This document shows, piece after piece, positions 44,279 through 53,801 of a stretch of 64,000 nucleotides of DNA. Within the stretch, counting starts at the first letter, position 1. Each line of letters starts with the position of its first letter. Position numbers and translations under genes: made by a program. Origin of the DNA: an uncultured bacterium. GTDB taxonomy: Bacteria > Acidobacteriota > Thermoanaerobaculia > Multivoradales > JAHZIX01. The stretch is taken from contig CBDUPA010000012.1 in the NCBI GenBank assembly GCA_965368975.1, positions 83,540 to 147,539 of the forward strand, read 5' to 3'. The notes beneath the pieces are model-generated. The model saw only the letters and a list, made by a program, of their open reading frames with translations. It had not been told where the DNA came from and did not search any database.

Positions 44279-47200
44279 CCAACCTGGTGTATCCGGCTCC
44301 GGGTATCGTTGTGGGCGTTGGCCGCTTTGGGCTGGCGGTCCTCGAAAAGCTCGGCGAGGATTGGCAACAGCTGAAGCTATCGGGGGCCGGGCCGTCGTGC
44401 GAGAACCTACGCCTGTTTTGGGTCCATCCAGAGCAGGACGACGAGGGCTGTTGGCGGGAAATCGAGCTGCCCGAGCTGAACACCGCCAATTACAGTGAAG
44501 ATGGCGACTGGCCGTCGATCGTGCTCGACTTCGTGCTCTTGCGCACCATGGGATTGATCCGCTATCGCCATGGCATCTACCAGGTGGCTTCGCCGCGCGA
44601 TTGCGGCCCGGTGCGAACGGCCGATCTCGAGTATCCGGAGACCAAAGACAAAGAAGATCCTGAAGCAGAAGAAGCCAAGAAGGATCGCGAAGAAGATAAG
44701 CGACTGGTGCGCCGCCGCTTCTTCGACTGGCTCGACCTGGCTCCCGACCCCGTCGAGGCCGCGGAGCGACTGAAGAAGAAGGCCGAGCGTGAGCCGGTAT
44801 TGCACCTCTTCATCTCTCCCTTGCTGCACCGGGTGCGGCAGGGCCACAGCCCGTGGATCTTGATGGCTGCGATCCTGCGCTGTAGTTGCTTGCGCGCCGG
44901 TCGAGACCCTTCGCCGTGGCGCTGGGTTCGCGAACAGGAGGCGCAAGGCAAGATCGACCAGGAGGCCATCCAGACGGTATGCGAGGACCGTGACAGGTTT
45001 CTCGACCGTTTCGCGCCAGCACCCCTGAAGCCCTCACCACAGCCCGAGGTCGATGAGGGGGAAGTCGAGGGGAGAAAGACGGACGTCTGGAAGTTCGAAG
45101 AGACGGAGATCGTCATTCCCAAGATCTTTCGGCCCCAGGAGGGAGATCCGGAGCCGCCGATCGATACCTTTCACCTGCTGCGTGAGAACTGGCAGGTATC
45201 CGGCTGGGCGACCGATCTCGAGACGCAGAAACAGCAGGGTTTCAAACCGCTGCAGGTGAGCCATTTCCGCCTGGGTCTTTTTGACCACTGTCAACACCGG
45301 GAGTCGAGAGAGCCCGAGTTGACAAAGGCCTTCGAGAAGCGACTCAAGTGCACGTCCAGGCTCTTGCATCGGGGGCTGGTTCGGTTGTGGGTCGATCTCA
45401 AGCGCGAGCAGGTAGAAGAGCAGGCTCTCGCCACCGGTGAGCGCCGCCATCGCCTGCTCGATGAAGCACTACAGCAAAGCTTGAAGATCCTGGAGAAGTT
45501 GGTCGTGGATCCGCTGAAGGACGCTCCCGGCAAGGAGAAAGAGGGCGAGTGCTTGAGCGATCTCTTGCGCTGTCCGGTCGACTTGCCGGACCAGCCGACC
45601 CAGTTTCTGCGCAACCAGTGCTTCGATCCTGACTCGCGGTGGTTGCGGGACAGCGCCTTGGAACGACGCCTGGTAGCTCTCGGGCTGGGAGACCCGTGGC
45701 GCGCCGCGCCGCGACGGCGGGGATTGTTCCAGGAGGTGATCCTCGAGAAGCAAGCCGAGGGCGGCTGCGCTCCAGGCGAGAGCGATGATCGCCCCCGATG
45801 CACGGAGATCGCCAAAGAGCCCAAGTCCGCTGGCGAAGGCCGGGGTCGATTCCGCAAGCAGCTGAACCAGACGGTCCGAGAGTTGTTGGACTTTTCCTAC
45901 CTGGGAAGGTACCGCGAGCGCTTGACTCGCACACCGCCACGTCTGACGGTCTTTGTCGTCGGTGACATGAGCGAGCCCTTTACGCGCATCAAGATGCAGC
46001 AAGTCCTCAAGGACGTTCACTCGGAACTGCTGCGGGCCTTCAGCTCCGTGTTCGAACTGAACCGGGATGGCTTCGATCGTGCCTTGTCCGTCATGCCGAT
46101 TCTCTGGATGCCGCATCCGGCGGATCCGTTCGGTGGTGAGGAGCCACTGAAGACACGCCTGGAGGAGGCGGTGATCATCGATGCGGTGCACGGTATTCGA
46201 CGCTGGGTCGAGGCGGTGTTACCCGGTGCGCGGCGCCGGATCTCGCAGATTTTCATCAACAGCAGGGTCACGGACAACGCGGTCTTGAGCATGGACGACA
46301 GCGTCAACCAGACGCGCGACTTCCTATCCTTCCAACTGCGCAATGACCTATCGCGCGATGACTGGCTGCGTCGGACCGCGGTGGGTCCGGGGGGCGACGA
46401 CTACTTCGCCTCGTTCGCCTGCTGCGAGATCGAGTTCCCGGCGGAGAGGGCGCGCGAATACCTGGCCAATCGCATCGCTCGCGACTGCTTGCGTCAGCTG
46501 CAGGTGGAAGCTGAATGGCGGGGGCGCGAGGCGGTCAAGGTACCCGATCCCTCATCCATGGAAGAGCTGGTCGGAGAGGCGAGTTCGCGTCTGCAGCAGG
46601 AGACGGAAAGGGAGGCGAAGGGTCTGACGGACGCCATCTGGAATGCCCTGCCGCAGGGCGAGAGCTCCCGGCGCTGCATGCCGCGCAAGGAGATCCTGAG
46701 CCACTTCTCGGAGCGTTTCGAAAGCCGACTGTGGGCGGACATCACGCGACTGTGGCGACAGCTGACCCAGCGTCGAGGTCACATGGATGACTTTGTCGAT
46801 TCCTTGCGACACCAGATCTCCCGGCAGCTGCATGGTGCGCTGCCCGACATCCGGCGTCAGAGTGACGACGAGGTGTACCAGGCCAGTGGGCAAGGTATCC
46901 AGGCGGCACTCTCGCGCCTGCAGGAACGCCGCTGGCAAGCCTTCAAGCAGCTGCAGGAGGCGGAGGAAGAACGTCTCCAGGCCGAGGAGGCCTGCCAGCA
47001 GAATCAGCGGCCGAACCGTGGCAGGCTGTCGCGGGCCCGTCTGGCAGTCACGGAGGCAGCGAAAGCCAAGCCGGATTGTGGTCCGCAGCGCTTCGGTCTT
47101 CTCGCCTGGGGCCTGTTGGCTCCGATCACCGCGGTGTTGCCCGCTCGTTTGTTGGAGTCCGAACTGGGCTGGTGGGCGTTGCCTTTGGTGATTGTTTTGC

Positions 47201-48330
47201 TGATCGTATTGGCGGGTGTCTCGCTCTGGGCCTTGACGCGCCATCGGTATCGTCAGCTGCAGGCCGCGATCGAGACGATGGCATCGGCCGTTCATCGCAT
47301 GGTGTCCGGCGGCAGTGACTCTAGCCTGGTGGCGGCCGGGGCGTCCTTGCGTTCCTTCCTGGAGACCCGCCTGCGCCTGACCGCGGCGCTGGCCCGGCGC
47401 GGCTTTTCGCTCCACGTATTCGAGCAAGCGGCGGTGGATGAAGCTCTGGGTCTGCGCTTGCGCGAGAGCGTCGACATCCAGCTGCACAAGATGATGCGCC
47501 GAGCCGAGAGCCTCAAGGTACGTCCCGGCGGAGCCAGTGGCAACGAGCGCGATGATCTGCGAGATCTCTTTGTGCGGCGCGCCGGAGAACGCGTCGAGAA
47601 GCTGATCGATCCCGACCACCTGCTCGAGTACTACCACACCCGCGTGCGTCCGGACGACGTACCGGTGCAGGAGTTCATCGAGCAGGTCGGTGGTCTCCAA
47701 GATTGGCGCCGAACCGCGTGCCTGTCCGATTCCACGGCGGTCATGGCATGGGGACAGGAACTCTTCACTACCCTGGTCGACAAACCGATCACGGAACTCG
47801 ACTACTTCACCGAGGCGGTGGGGGAGCAGTTGCGGCGATTCGTCCTGCGCAATTACTCGAATATCGGTTTCGGGGCCAAGTTCCTGGGCTACGAAGGGCT
47901 GGATCCGGATGGCATCCGCCTGGTCGCCGATGCTTCCCTGGTGGCCGACCAGGCCTTGCTGCATGCCTATGCCTGGGCCGTGGAGCAGCAGGAAGACCAT
48001 GCCCGTCGCAACCGTGAGGTGAGTCGCGCGGCGCGCACGCTGGAGACGATCGCGGCCAAGGTCCGACCCAATGCCGCCTACATGCTCTCCTTGGTCCAGG
48101 GCGTGCGAGCCCACAGCGTACACAACCTGAAGCGCTTCGAGTCGTTCCATGATCGACCCGAGGGTCCGGACTCGGACGCGATCCACTACCTGACGGGCTA
48201 TGAAGAGAAAGCCAAAGAGTTTTACCAGTGGATCAGCGCCGAGGATGCCGCGCCGCGCGCACGGCAGGACGAAAATACTACGACTGCCAGCTCTGGGGAG
48301 ATAGAAGATCATGGACCCGACGTGGATTGA
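44275..48330 (+). CDS. Giant hypothetical protein (1351 aa) with a glycine-rich N-terminus and a central pair of TM helices.
   Basis: ATGA overlap with the tubulin-like gene. The N-terminus IVVGVGRFGLAVLEKL is weakly reminiscent of a degenerate FtsZ/tubulin T1 loop. TM region near ...FGLLAWGLLAPITAVLP...WWALPLVIVLLIVLAGVSLWAL. Confidence 0.55.
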   Translation: MTNLVYPAPGIVVGVGRFGLAVLEKLGEDWQQLKLSGAGPSCENLRLFWVHPEQDDEGCWREIELPELNTANYSEDGDWPSIVLDFVLLRTMGLIRYRHGIYQVASPRDCGPVRTADLEYPETKDKEDPEAEEAKKDREEDKRLVRRRFFDWLDLAPDPVEAAERLKKKAEREPVLHLFISPLLHRVRQGHSPWILMAAILRCSCLRAGRDPSPWRWVREQEAQGKIDQEAIQTVCEDRDRFLDRFAPAPLKPSPQPEVDEGEVEGRKTDVWKFEETEIVIPKIFRPQEGDPEPPIDTFHLLRENWQVSGWATDLETQKQQGFKPLQVSHFRLGLFDHCQHRESREPELTKAFEKRLKCTSRLLHRGLVRLWVDLKREQVEEQALATGERRHRLLDEALQQSLKILEKLVVDPLKDAPGKEKEGECLSDLLRCPVDLPDQPTQFLRNQCFDPDSRWLRDSALERRLVALGLGDPWRAAPRRRGLFQEVILEKQAEGGCAPGESDDRPRCTEIAKEPKSAGEGRGRFRKQLNQTVRELLDFSYLGRYRERLTRTPPRLTVFVVGDMSEPFTRIKMQQVLKDVHSELLRAFSSVFELNRDGFDRALSVMPILWMPHPADPFGGEEPLKTRLEEAVIIDAVHGIRRWVEAVLPGARRRISQIFINSRVTDNAVLSMDDSVNQTRDFLSFQLRNDLSRDDWLRRTAVGPGGDDYFASFACCEIEFPAERAREYLANRIARDCLRQLQVEAEWRGREAVKVPDPSSMEELVGEASSRLQQETEREAKGLTDAIWNALPQGESSRRCMPRKEILSHFSERFESRLWADITRLWRQLTQRRGHMDDFVDSLRHQISRQLHGALPDIRRQSDDEVYQASGQGIQAALSRLQERRWQAFKQLQEAEEERLQAEEACQQNQRPNRGRLSRARLAVTEAAKAKPDCGPQRFGLLAWGLLAPITAVLPARLLESELGWWALPLVIVLLIVLAGVSLWALTRHRYRQLQAAIETMASAVHRMVSGGSDSSLVAAGASLRSFLETRLRLTAALARRGFSLHVFEQAAVDEALGLRLRESVDIQLHKMMRRAESLKVRPGGASGNERDDLRDLFVRRAGERVEKLIDPDHLLEYYHTRVRPDDVPVQEFIEQVGGLQDWRRTACLSDSTAVMAWGQELFTTLVDKPITELDYFTEAVGEQLRRFVLRNYSNIGFGAKFLGYEGLDPDGIRLVADASLVADQALLHAYAWAVEQQEDHARRNREVSRAARTLETIAAKVRPNAAYMLSLVQGVRAHSVHNLKRFESFHDRPEGPDSDAIHYLTGYEEKAKEFYQWISAEDAAPRARQDENTTTASSGEIEDHGPDVD

Positions 48331-51300
48331 TGTTGCCTGGCAGGTGATCTGGCAGGCCATTGCCGGCGTCTTGGTCTGGCTCGATAGCCAGTCGCTCTAT
48401 GTGATCCTCGGCTGTGTGGGCGGCCTGCTGAGCTTTGTCTATGGTTTGGCATATGGCCTGCAATGGCGGCTCGTCAAGTTTCTCGAGCCGCGACCGGAAC
48501 AGACAGCGCCGCTGGGACGTTGGGAGGCCATGTCTTCCCTCTTGGCACCGGTGACGGTCGTATTCTTCGTGCTGGAGGGCATCACCCGCTCGCTGCATCG
48601 CCGGGTGCGAGGTTCGAAGGAACCAGACTGGAAGGTCAAGCACTCGAGTTCCGCCAAGAACCATGGCAAGCCGATCTTGATCGCGACCTTGGGGCCGACC
48701 TTTCTGCTCGCCGGTGTCTTCACTGCTGTGGTCTACTGGTTGGCCCGTCTCGGCGAGCCTCTGTTCGCCGAAGCGTTCTCTCATGCGGGTCCATATCCTT
48801 TCTGGGAGTCCAAGCTGCTCAGTGCCTTGTTGGTCCTCGAAGCTCCGCCAGACATCTTCCCGTTGGCGAGCCATCCCAAGGTATCGCTGGTCCTGAGCTT
48901 GCTCTTCTGGACAGCTCTCTGGTGGACGTGCGGCAATCTGCTGCGAGGCTTCGTCTATCGAACCGACTTGCAGCGCAACCTGGCGGGCCGCCGCGATACA
49001 GCCTTGCCGCTGTGGACCTCCTGGTTCGGGGTCAAGAAGCTGACCGAGGCCGGTGAGGCCTACCGGGGTTGGGCCGCCTGGCTGGTGACGGCGGTCATCC
49101 TGCTGACCGTCGGTGCTGGCATGACGCTGAACCCGGCTCCCGGCTCTACCACTGCCGGTGTTGTTGATGGCCTGGAGCCAGCAGTCCAGGTTTCGCCGTC
49201 CGCGCTCGCCGTCGCCTTGATCCTCGCCTTGTCTTGGGTGCTGCACCTGCACCTCAAAGGCAAGCATTTTGAGCCGGAGCCCAAGTCCCGAAGGGAAGCG
49301 ATCGTGCCGTCGGAAGGCCTGCCGGGATGGCAGCGTGTCGTGGCCAAGTTGGAGGAACGGTATCGCCTGACGCCGCCGGAGTTTCGCGGCGAGCGACCGT
49401 TGCTGGCCCCCGCGTTCACCGTACCTACAACGGCTCTCCAGGTGCTCTCGCCCCTGGTTCCTGAACTCCTGCAGGAGCCGGAGCAGAGTCCGGAAATCCG
49501 GCAGACACCGCCGCTGAACGTGATGCAGGCGAAGGTGCTCGAAAGTCTTTCGCTGTTTGGCTATGTCCACCTGCAGCCCCCCACCACCGGCGATGTCCTG
49601 GAACTTTCGAGTAGTGGTCCAGGAGCGGTCGAGGACCGTAGTGGGTTATCTGAGCGCCACCAGATCGTGCTGGCCCCCGAGGGCAGTGGCAAGACGACTC
49701 TGGCCATACTCGCCGCCGCCAACAATACCCTCGTGCATGCCCGAGCGACGCTGCTGATCACGCGGTCGGGGGAACAAGCGGACGAACTCCAGCTCAAGTT
49801 CCAGGAGGTCGTCGAGCCCTCCACGGTGCGCTGGAACCTGCGGTTTCGCCGCATGGGCCAAGACTTCGCGTCAGACCTCAGTCGCGACATCGTGCCCGAC
49901 ATCGTGATCTCGAGCCTGCACGAACTCACCACCGGCATGCTCGACAACGCGGAGGTCTATGCCGACTTCCTGCGCAACGTCGGGCTCGTGGTAGTGGACG
50001 ATGTAGAGTCCTTCGCCGGAGCCGTCGAGATTCACGCCCAGCTGGCCTTCCGCCGTCTCCGCCTGCTCTTCCGGCAAGTTTCCGAGGTCGAACAGCTCGG
50101 TGAGGCCAACGCACCGTTGATGCTGATCCTGGGCGTCGATTCGATGAAAGAAATGGCTGCCTGGGCCAAGAGTCTGTGCGGTGTCCAGGCCGTGGTGCGG
50201 AACTTTCCCGCCGCCATGGCGGAGACCGACCAGTCGAAAGACAGCGCATCAGAGGGCAGTCCATCAGGGGACAGGTCATCAGGGGACAGTACATCAGGGG
50301 ATAGAGCCTCCGAGGAGGGCGCGCGACAGCAGAAATGGCTTCCGTTCAGCGCCCTGCAAAGCCACCAGGGGCGGCAACTGACCGTGCCGGAGGTCGTCGC
50401 CGCCTGTGAAGCCGCTGGCGTGCCCTGGTGCTATCGACCCTGCGGTGACGGTCGTCGGCATCGAGGCCGTGGTCCGCTACTCCTGGAGCAGGAGCCCGAG
50501 CACGCCACGGCATCGCCACGGGATGCCTGTGTGATCTTCTTGGATGGTCGATGGAGCGAGGTACGCAGAGAGCTGCAGCGGAGTCCGTGGGCCGGGTACC
50601 AATCGAGACGGCAAGAGGTCATCTTCCTCGTCCTGGTCGATCCCGAGGAGGCGCTGGCCTGCGGCGAACTCGACCCGGACCTGGGTTTCGAGGCCTCGCA
50701 CGATCACGTGCGTCCAGACTTGGCGGAGGAACTCGTGACCTTGCCGCTGCCGGTCGTGCGCCCGCCATCGAGCCACGTCTTGCAGTCTCACCTGCTCTCC
50801 GATCTCGTGCAGAGTTGGTTCGAAGTCAAGGACCTGGTGGATACCTTCGAAGTCCCCGTGGCGCATCGTCTACGCTATTTGCAGTCGCAGGGCATGTTGC
50901 TGATGGAGGAGCGAAGCGACGTCCAGGCCGCACTGAAGGAGTACGAAGCCAAAGTTTACGTACGTGCCCTTGCAGCCTCCCTGGCCATCGACGAGGCCGG
51001 AGGCAGCGCCAACGACGGCATCATCGAGTATCCGCCCCTGGACAAGGTGCGACAAGTCGAGCTGGTGGCCAGGTCGGCGGTGACGATCCGCAATCGAGCC
51101 GATCACACGCTGCTGCGCACGGTCGAGGCCGATAGCGCGGCCTGGATCTACTACCCGGGGCGCATCTTCGAGGACTCTCGCGGCCGCTTCGTCGTGGTCG
51201 GCCGAGTCCGTCGAGGAGATCGACTGGGTGCCATCGAGGTCGAGCCCGTATTGCACGACAACTTTTCCAGTCCACGGCGTTGGTTCGAGCGCATCGAGCC

Positions 51301-52258
51301 GGAGACCTCGAGCCGAGAGAAACTCTCCGTCGCCGCCGACTCCGACTCGTCGGCGCACTGCGAGGCGCACGGCTATGCTCTGTATGAAAAGGAACCGGTT
51401 CTGCTGGGGCGGCACAGCATCGAACTCGGCCTGGTCGCGATCGAACTGAAGCTACATTCGTTGGCGGTCTTCCGACTCGACAGGTCGACCTTCGAGGTGC
51501 GCGCGCGGGAGATTCACGCGCAGCGAGCGCAGAGCGAGTTTCCGCCGGCAGAACTGCAGACAATCGCGGTCTCGTTGCACCCCAATCCCCAGGAATCGAG
51601 CCCATCTGCTCCGAAGCTGCACCTGGCGGCAGCGCGCTTGCTCACCGCGCTGTTGCGCTTTGTGCTGCCGCTGATCTATCGCAACGTCCAGGATCGCTTG
51701 GAGGTCGCGTTGATCTTCCCGGGGGAGGACGGCGACAAGAGGTTCACAGCACCGTGGGATTCGGAGCTGGAGTCCGAGGCGGCCCTCTACCTCTTCGACC
51801 TGCACCAGGGGGGAGATGGCACTGCGCGGGCTCTGTACCGGGATGGCGTCGAGCTACCGCTGCGCTTCTGCCGACACTTCCTGGCCACGGACGTGGACGT
51901 GGAGCGGATCTTCCGGCTCCATGGGCACGAGAGTAGCTTGCAGGAGGTCAAGGTAACCCATGGAGGTCCCGAGGCGGTTGGGAACGATGCTGAGCCAGAG
52001 GACGAGATACTGGAAGCGTGGCCTTGGCAAGAGATCCGTGCTGGGTTGCTGGCCTGGTTGGATAGTCGTCTTCATCCGGAGTCCGTCTCCTGGGCCGAGG
52101 CCGAAGCGTCGGCTGCTGAGGAGGTTACGGAGGATACTGAACTAGAGGCAGAAGACCTGGAGGCAAGTGCCCCGGGCGATCACGCACAGACCGCTGAAAG
52201 TTCCACCGTCGAAGAAGCCACCGCCGAAGAGTCCACTGCTGAGACGGAAGAGGCTTGA
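48311..52258 (+). CDS. Polytopic-membrane-anchored P-loop ATPase / SF2-helicase-like protein (1315 aa).
   Basis: The N-terminal ~300 aa hold multiple TM helices. Walker A APEGSGKTT (nt ~49676-49700). DExx-like VVVDDVESF. Acidic C-terminal tail. 20-bp overlap with the upstream gene. Confidence 0.6.
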   Translation: MDPTWIDVAWQVIWQAIAGVLVWLDSQSLYVILGCVGGLLSFVYGLAYGLQWRLVKFLEPRPEQTAPLGRWEAMSSLLAPVTVVFFVLEGITRSLHRRVRGSKEPDWKVKHSSSAKNHGKPILIATLGPTFLLAGVFTAVVYWLARLGEPLFAEAFSHAGPYPFWESKLLSALLVLEAPPDIFPLASHPKVSLVLSLLFWTALWWTCGNLLRGFVYRTDLQRNLAGRRDTALPLWTSWFGVKKLTEAGEAYRGWAAWLVTAVILLTVGAGMTLNPAPGSTTAGVVDGLEPAVQVSPSALAVALILALSWVLHLHLKGKHFEPEPKSRREAIVPSEGLPGWQRVVAKLEERYRLTPPEFRGERPLLAPAFTVPTTALQVLSPLVPELLQEPEQSPEIRQTPPLNVMQAKVLESLSLFGYVHLQPPTTGDVLELSSSGPGAVEDRSGLSERHQIVLAPEGSGKTTLAILAAANNTLVHARATLLITRSGEQADELQLKFQEVVEPSTVRWNLRFRRMGQDFASDLSRDIVPDIVISSLHELTTGMLDNAEVYADFLRNVGLVVVDDVESFAGAVEIHAQLAFRRLRLLFRQVSEVEQLGEANAPLMLILGVDSMKEMAAWAKSLCGVQAVVRNFPAAMAETDQSKDSASEGSPSGDRSSGDSTSGDRASEEGARQQKWLPFSALQSHQGRQLTVPEVVAACEAAGVPWCYRPCGDGRRHRGRGPLLLEQEPEHATASPRDACVIFLDGRWSEVRRELQRSPWAGYQSRRQEVIFLVLVDPEEALACGELDPDLGFEASHDHVRPDLAEELVTLPLPVVRPPSSHVLQSHLLSDLVQSWFEVKDLVDTFEVPVAHRLRYLQSQGMLLMEERSDVQAALKEYEAKVYVRALAASLAIDEAGGSANDGIIEYPPLDKVRQVELVARSAVTIRNRADHTLLRTVEADSAAWIYYPGRIFEDSRGRFVVVGRVRRGDRLGAIEVEPVLHDNFSSPRRWFERIEPETSSREKLSVAADSDSSAHCEAHGYALYEKEPVLLGRHSIELGLVAIELKLHSLAVFRLDRSTFEVRAREIHAQRAQSEFPPAELQTIAVSLHPNPQESSPSAPKLHLAAARLLTALLRFVLPLIYRNVQDRLEVALIFPGEDGDKRFTAPWDSELESEAALYLFDLHQGGDGTARALYRDGVELPLRFCRHFLATDVDVERIFRLHGHESSLQEVKVTHGGPEAVGNDAEPEDEILEAWPWQEIRAGLLAWLDSRLHPESVSWAEAEASAAEEVTEDTELEAEDLEASAPGDHAQTAESSTVEEATAEESTAETEEA

Positions 52259-52262
52259 AGAG

Positions 52263-53084
52263 TCAAGAATGCGGACGCAAGTGGAACTCGTTCAAAGAGT
52301 AGTTCGCAATCGGAACCTCGAGGTAATCGTTTTCGTACAAGTGTTTGCGTAGGAGTCTTGAGAGTGCTTCTGGCGAGTCGATGTTGATCTTCTCCAAGAC
52401 AGCGACGAGCATTACATTCCTTTGTTCCCGTGTTTTATCGGCACCTTTTCTTGAGCAGTCGGGATCCTTAAAGCGCCCGAGGTTTACGGAATACAGTTTC
52501 CTGCCGCCAGACAGGTCGGCAATGGTGCGTACCCAAGAGATCAGCTGGTCCGCTCTGGAGCGCGCGCGCTCTTCTTCCAGATGGTGGATGGCCGCGATCT
52601 CACAGGAGGCCATGCCAATGGCAATAATGTCGGTGGCCTGTTCAACACTCGCTTGTAGTCCGGTAGAATTCAGGAACGCAAAGACATCTGCTTCTTTATT
52701 TCCAGCATTCATGATGACATCAGCCCGCCCGATGGGCCAGTAGTGTTCGCGGTCCAGAATGGCGATGTCCATCCAAACTTCCTCACCATTGGGGCCGTTC
52801 GCCTGGACGCGTCTTGTGTCCGTTCCCTCAGTAGGAAGATGTCCTGGTTCAAAACAAGGAGAGGGACAGGGACGTGGAAGCTCAGGGCCGTCGATATCGG
52901 GAGGATCATCGCTGCCAACATCGTTATCTAGAAGATCATTGATAACCACTGGAGGGTCTTGGGGTCCGGCTGCAAACTGGCTGCTGTACTTTTCTAGGTA
53001 AGGCTCGACTGTTACAGACAGGACCAGTGAGAAGAAGGCGCTTACAGAGGCCCATAATAGATCCTTCTTTGTAAAGAAACTCAT
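52263..53084 (-). CDS. Hypothetical secreted/membrane-anchored protein encoded in a low-GC island.
   Basis: 273 aa. N-terminal hydrophobic segment MSFFTKKDLLWASVSAFFSLVLSVTV. Local GC is about 50% against about 68% in the flanks. Confidence 0.45.
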   Translation of the reverse strand: MSFFTKKDLLWASVSAFFSLVLSVTVEPYLEKYSSQFAAGPQDPPVVINDLLDNDVGSDDPPDIDGPELPRPCPSPCFEPGHLPTEGTDTRRVQANGPNGEEVWMDIAILDREHYWPIGRADVIMNAGNKEADVFAFLNSTGLQASVEQATDIIAIGMASCEIAAIHHLEEERARSRADQLISWVRTIADLSGGRKLYSVNLGRFKDPDCSRKGADKTREQRNVMLVAVLEKINIDSPEALSRLLRKHLYENDYLEVPIANYSLNEFHLRPHS

Positions 53085-53094
53085 TATCTGATTC

Positions 53095-53649
53095 CTATGA
53101 AATGACGGTGATAAGTCCAACCAGTAGGCCACCAACACCGACGAACAAGCTGGCAGAGGAAATCCATTTTTCACGCTTGCGCTGTGCAGATTGCTCTTGC
53201 ATCTGTTGTTTTAGATGCTGTGTTAGGGGCTGCAAGAGATGGTTATTGCTCGGCAGATTCTCGTCCAGACGTTTGAGGTGTAATTGAATGTCTTTGGGCA
53301 ATCCTTGAAACGGCTCTTCTGACTCCAGCTGTTTTAGGAAATCTTCGATTCTGTCTAGGAAGGTCGAAGGAGTCTCATCCATCTCACCTGTGATCACTCT
53401 GCTGAGAAGACTCTCGAGGGAGTGCTTGAGGCCGACGGTATTAACGTCATGTGTCCGGGCAAGGCTTCGAACTCGAGACCAGGTCACATCTTCGTGACTC
53501 AATGCTTTGGTGAGATCTTCTCTGAAGTTTGCCAACTCTTTGGGGCGTTCGTTGCGTTCCTTCACTTCTGAGAGAAAAGCGACCATACCAACAGAACTGC
53601 CGATAGCAGTCCCGAGCAAGACGAGAATTAGGATATAGGTAATTTCCAT
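53095..53649 (-). CDS. Hypothetical membrane protein (N- and C-terminal TM helices) in the low-GC island.
   Basis: 184 aa: MEITYILILVLLGTAIGSSVGMVAFL... and ...LFVGVGGLLVGLITVIS. Low GC. Confidence 0.45.
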   Translation of the reverse strand: MEITYILILVLLGTAIGSSVGMVAFLSEVKERNERPKELANFREDLTKALSHEDVTWSRVRSLARTHDVNTVGLKHSLESLLSRVITGEMDETPSTFLDRIEDFLKQLESEEPFQGLPKDIQLHLKRLDENLPSNNHLLQPLTQHLKQQMQEQSAQRKREKWISSASLFVGVGGLLVGLITVIS

Positions 53650-53801
53650 AGATCTGTAGATTTCTGTGCTGGATTTCCGGGAATGGCTCCACTAAGAAGA
53701 AACGCGAGAACACGTCGATTCCCGGACCAACGGCTGTACTCAATCTCGGCGGAAAAATTCAGCTTGGCTTTCTGAGTGGCTTAGATCATGAAGACGGGCC
53801 C

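Noticed and set aside
50255-50300. Triplicated 15-bp repeat catcaggggacag.
   Set aside because: An in-frame SGD-rich linker inside the membrane ATPase gene; simple coding slippage.
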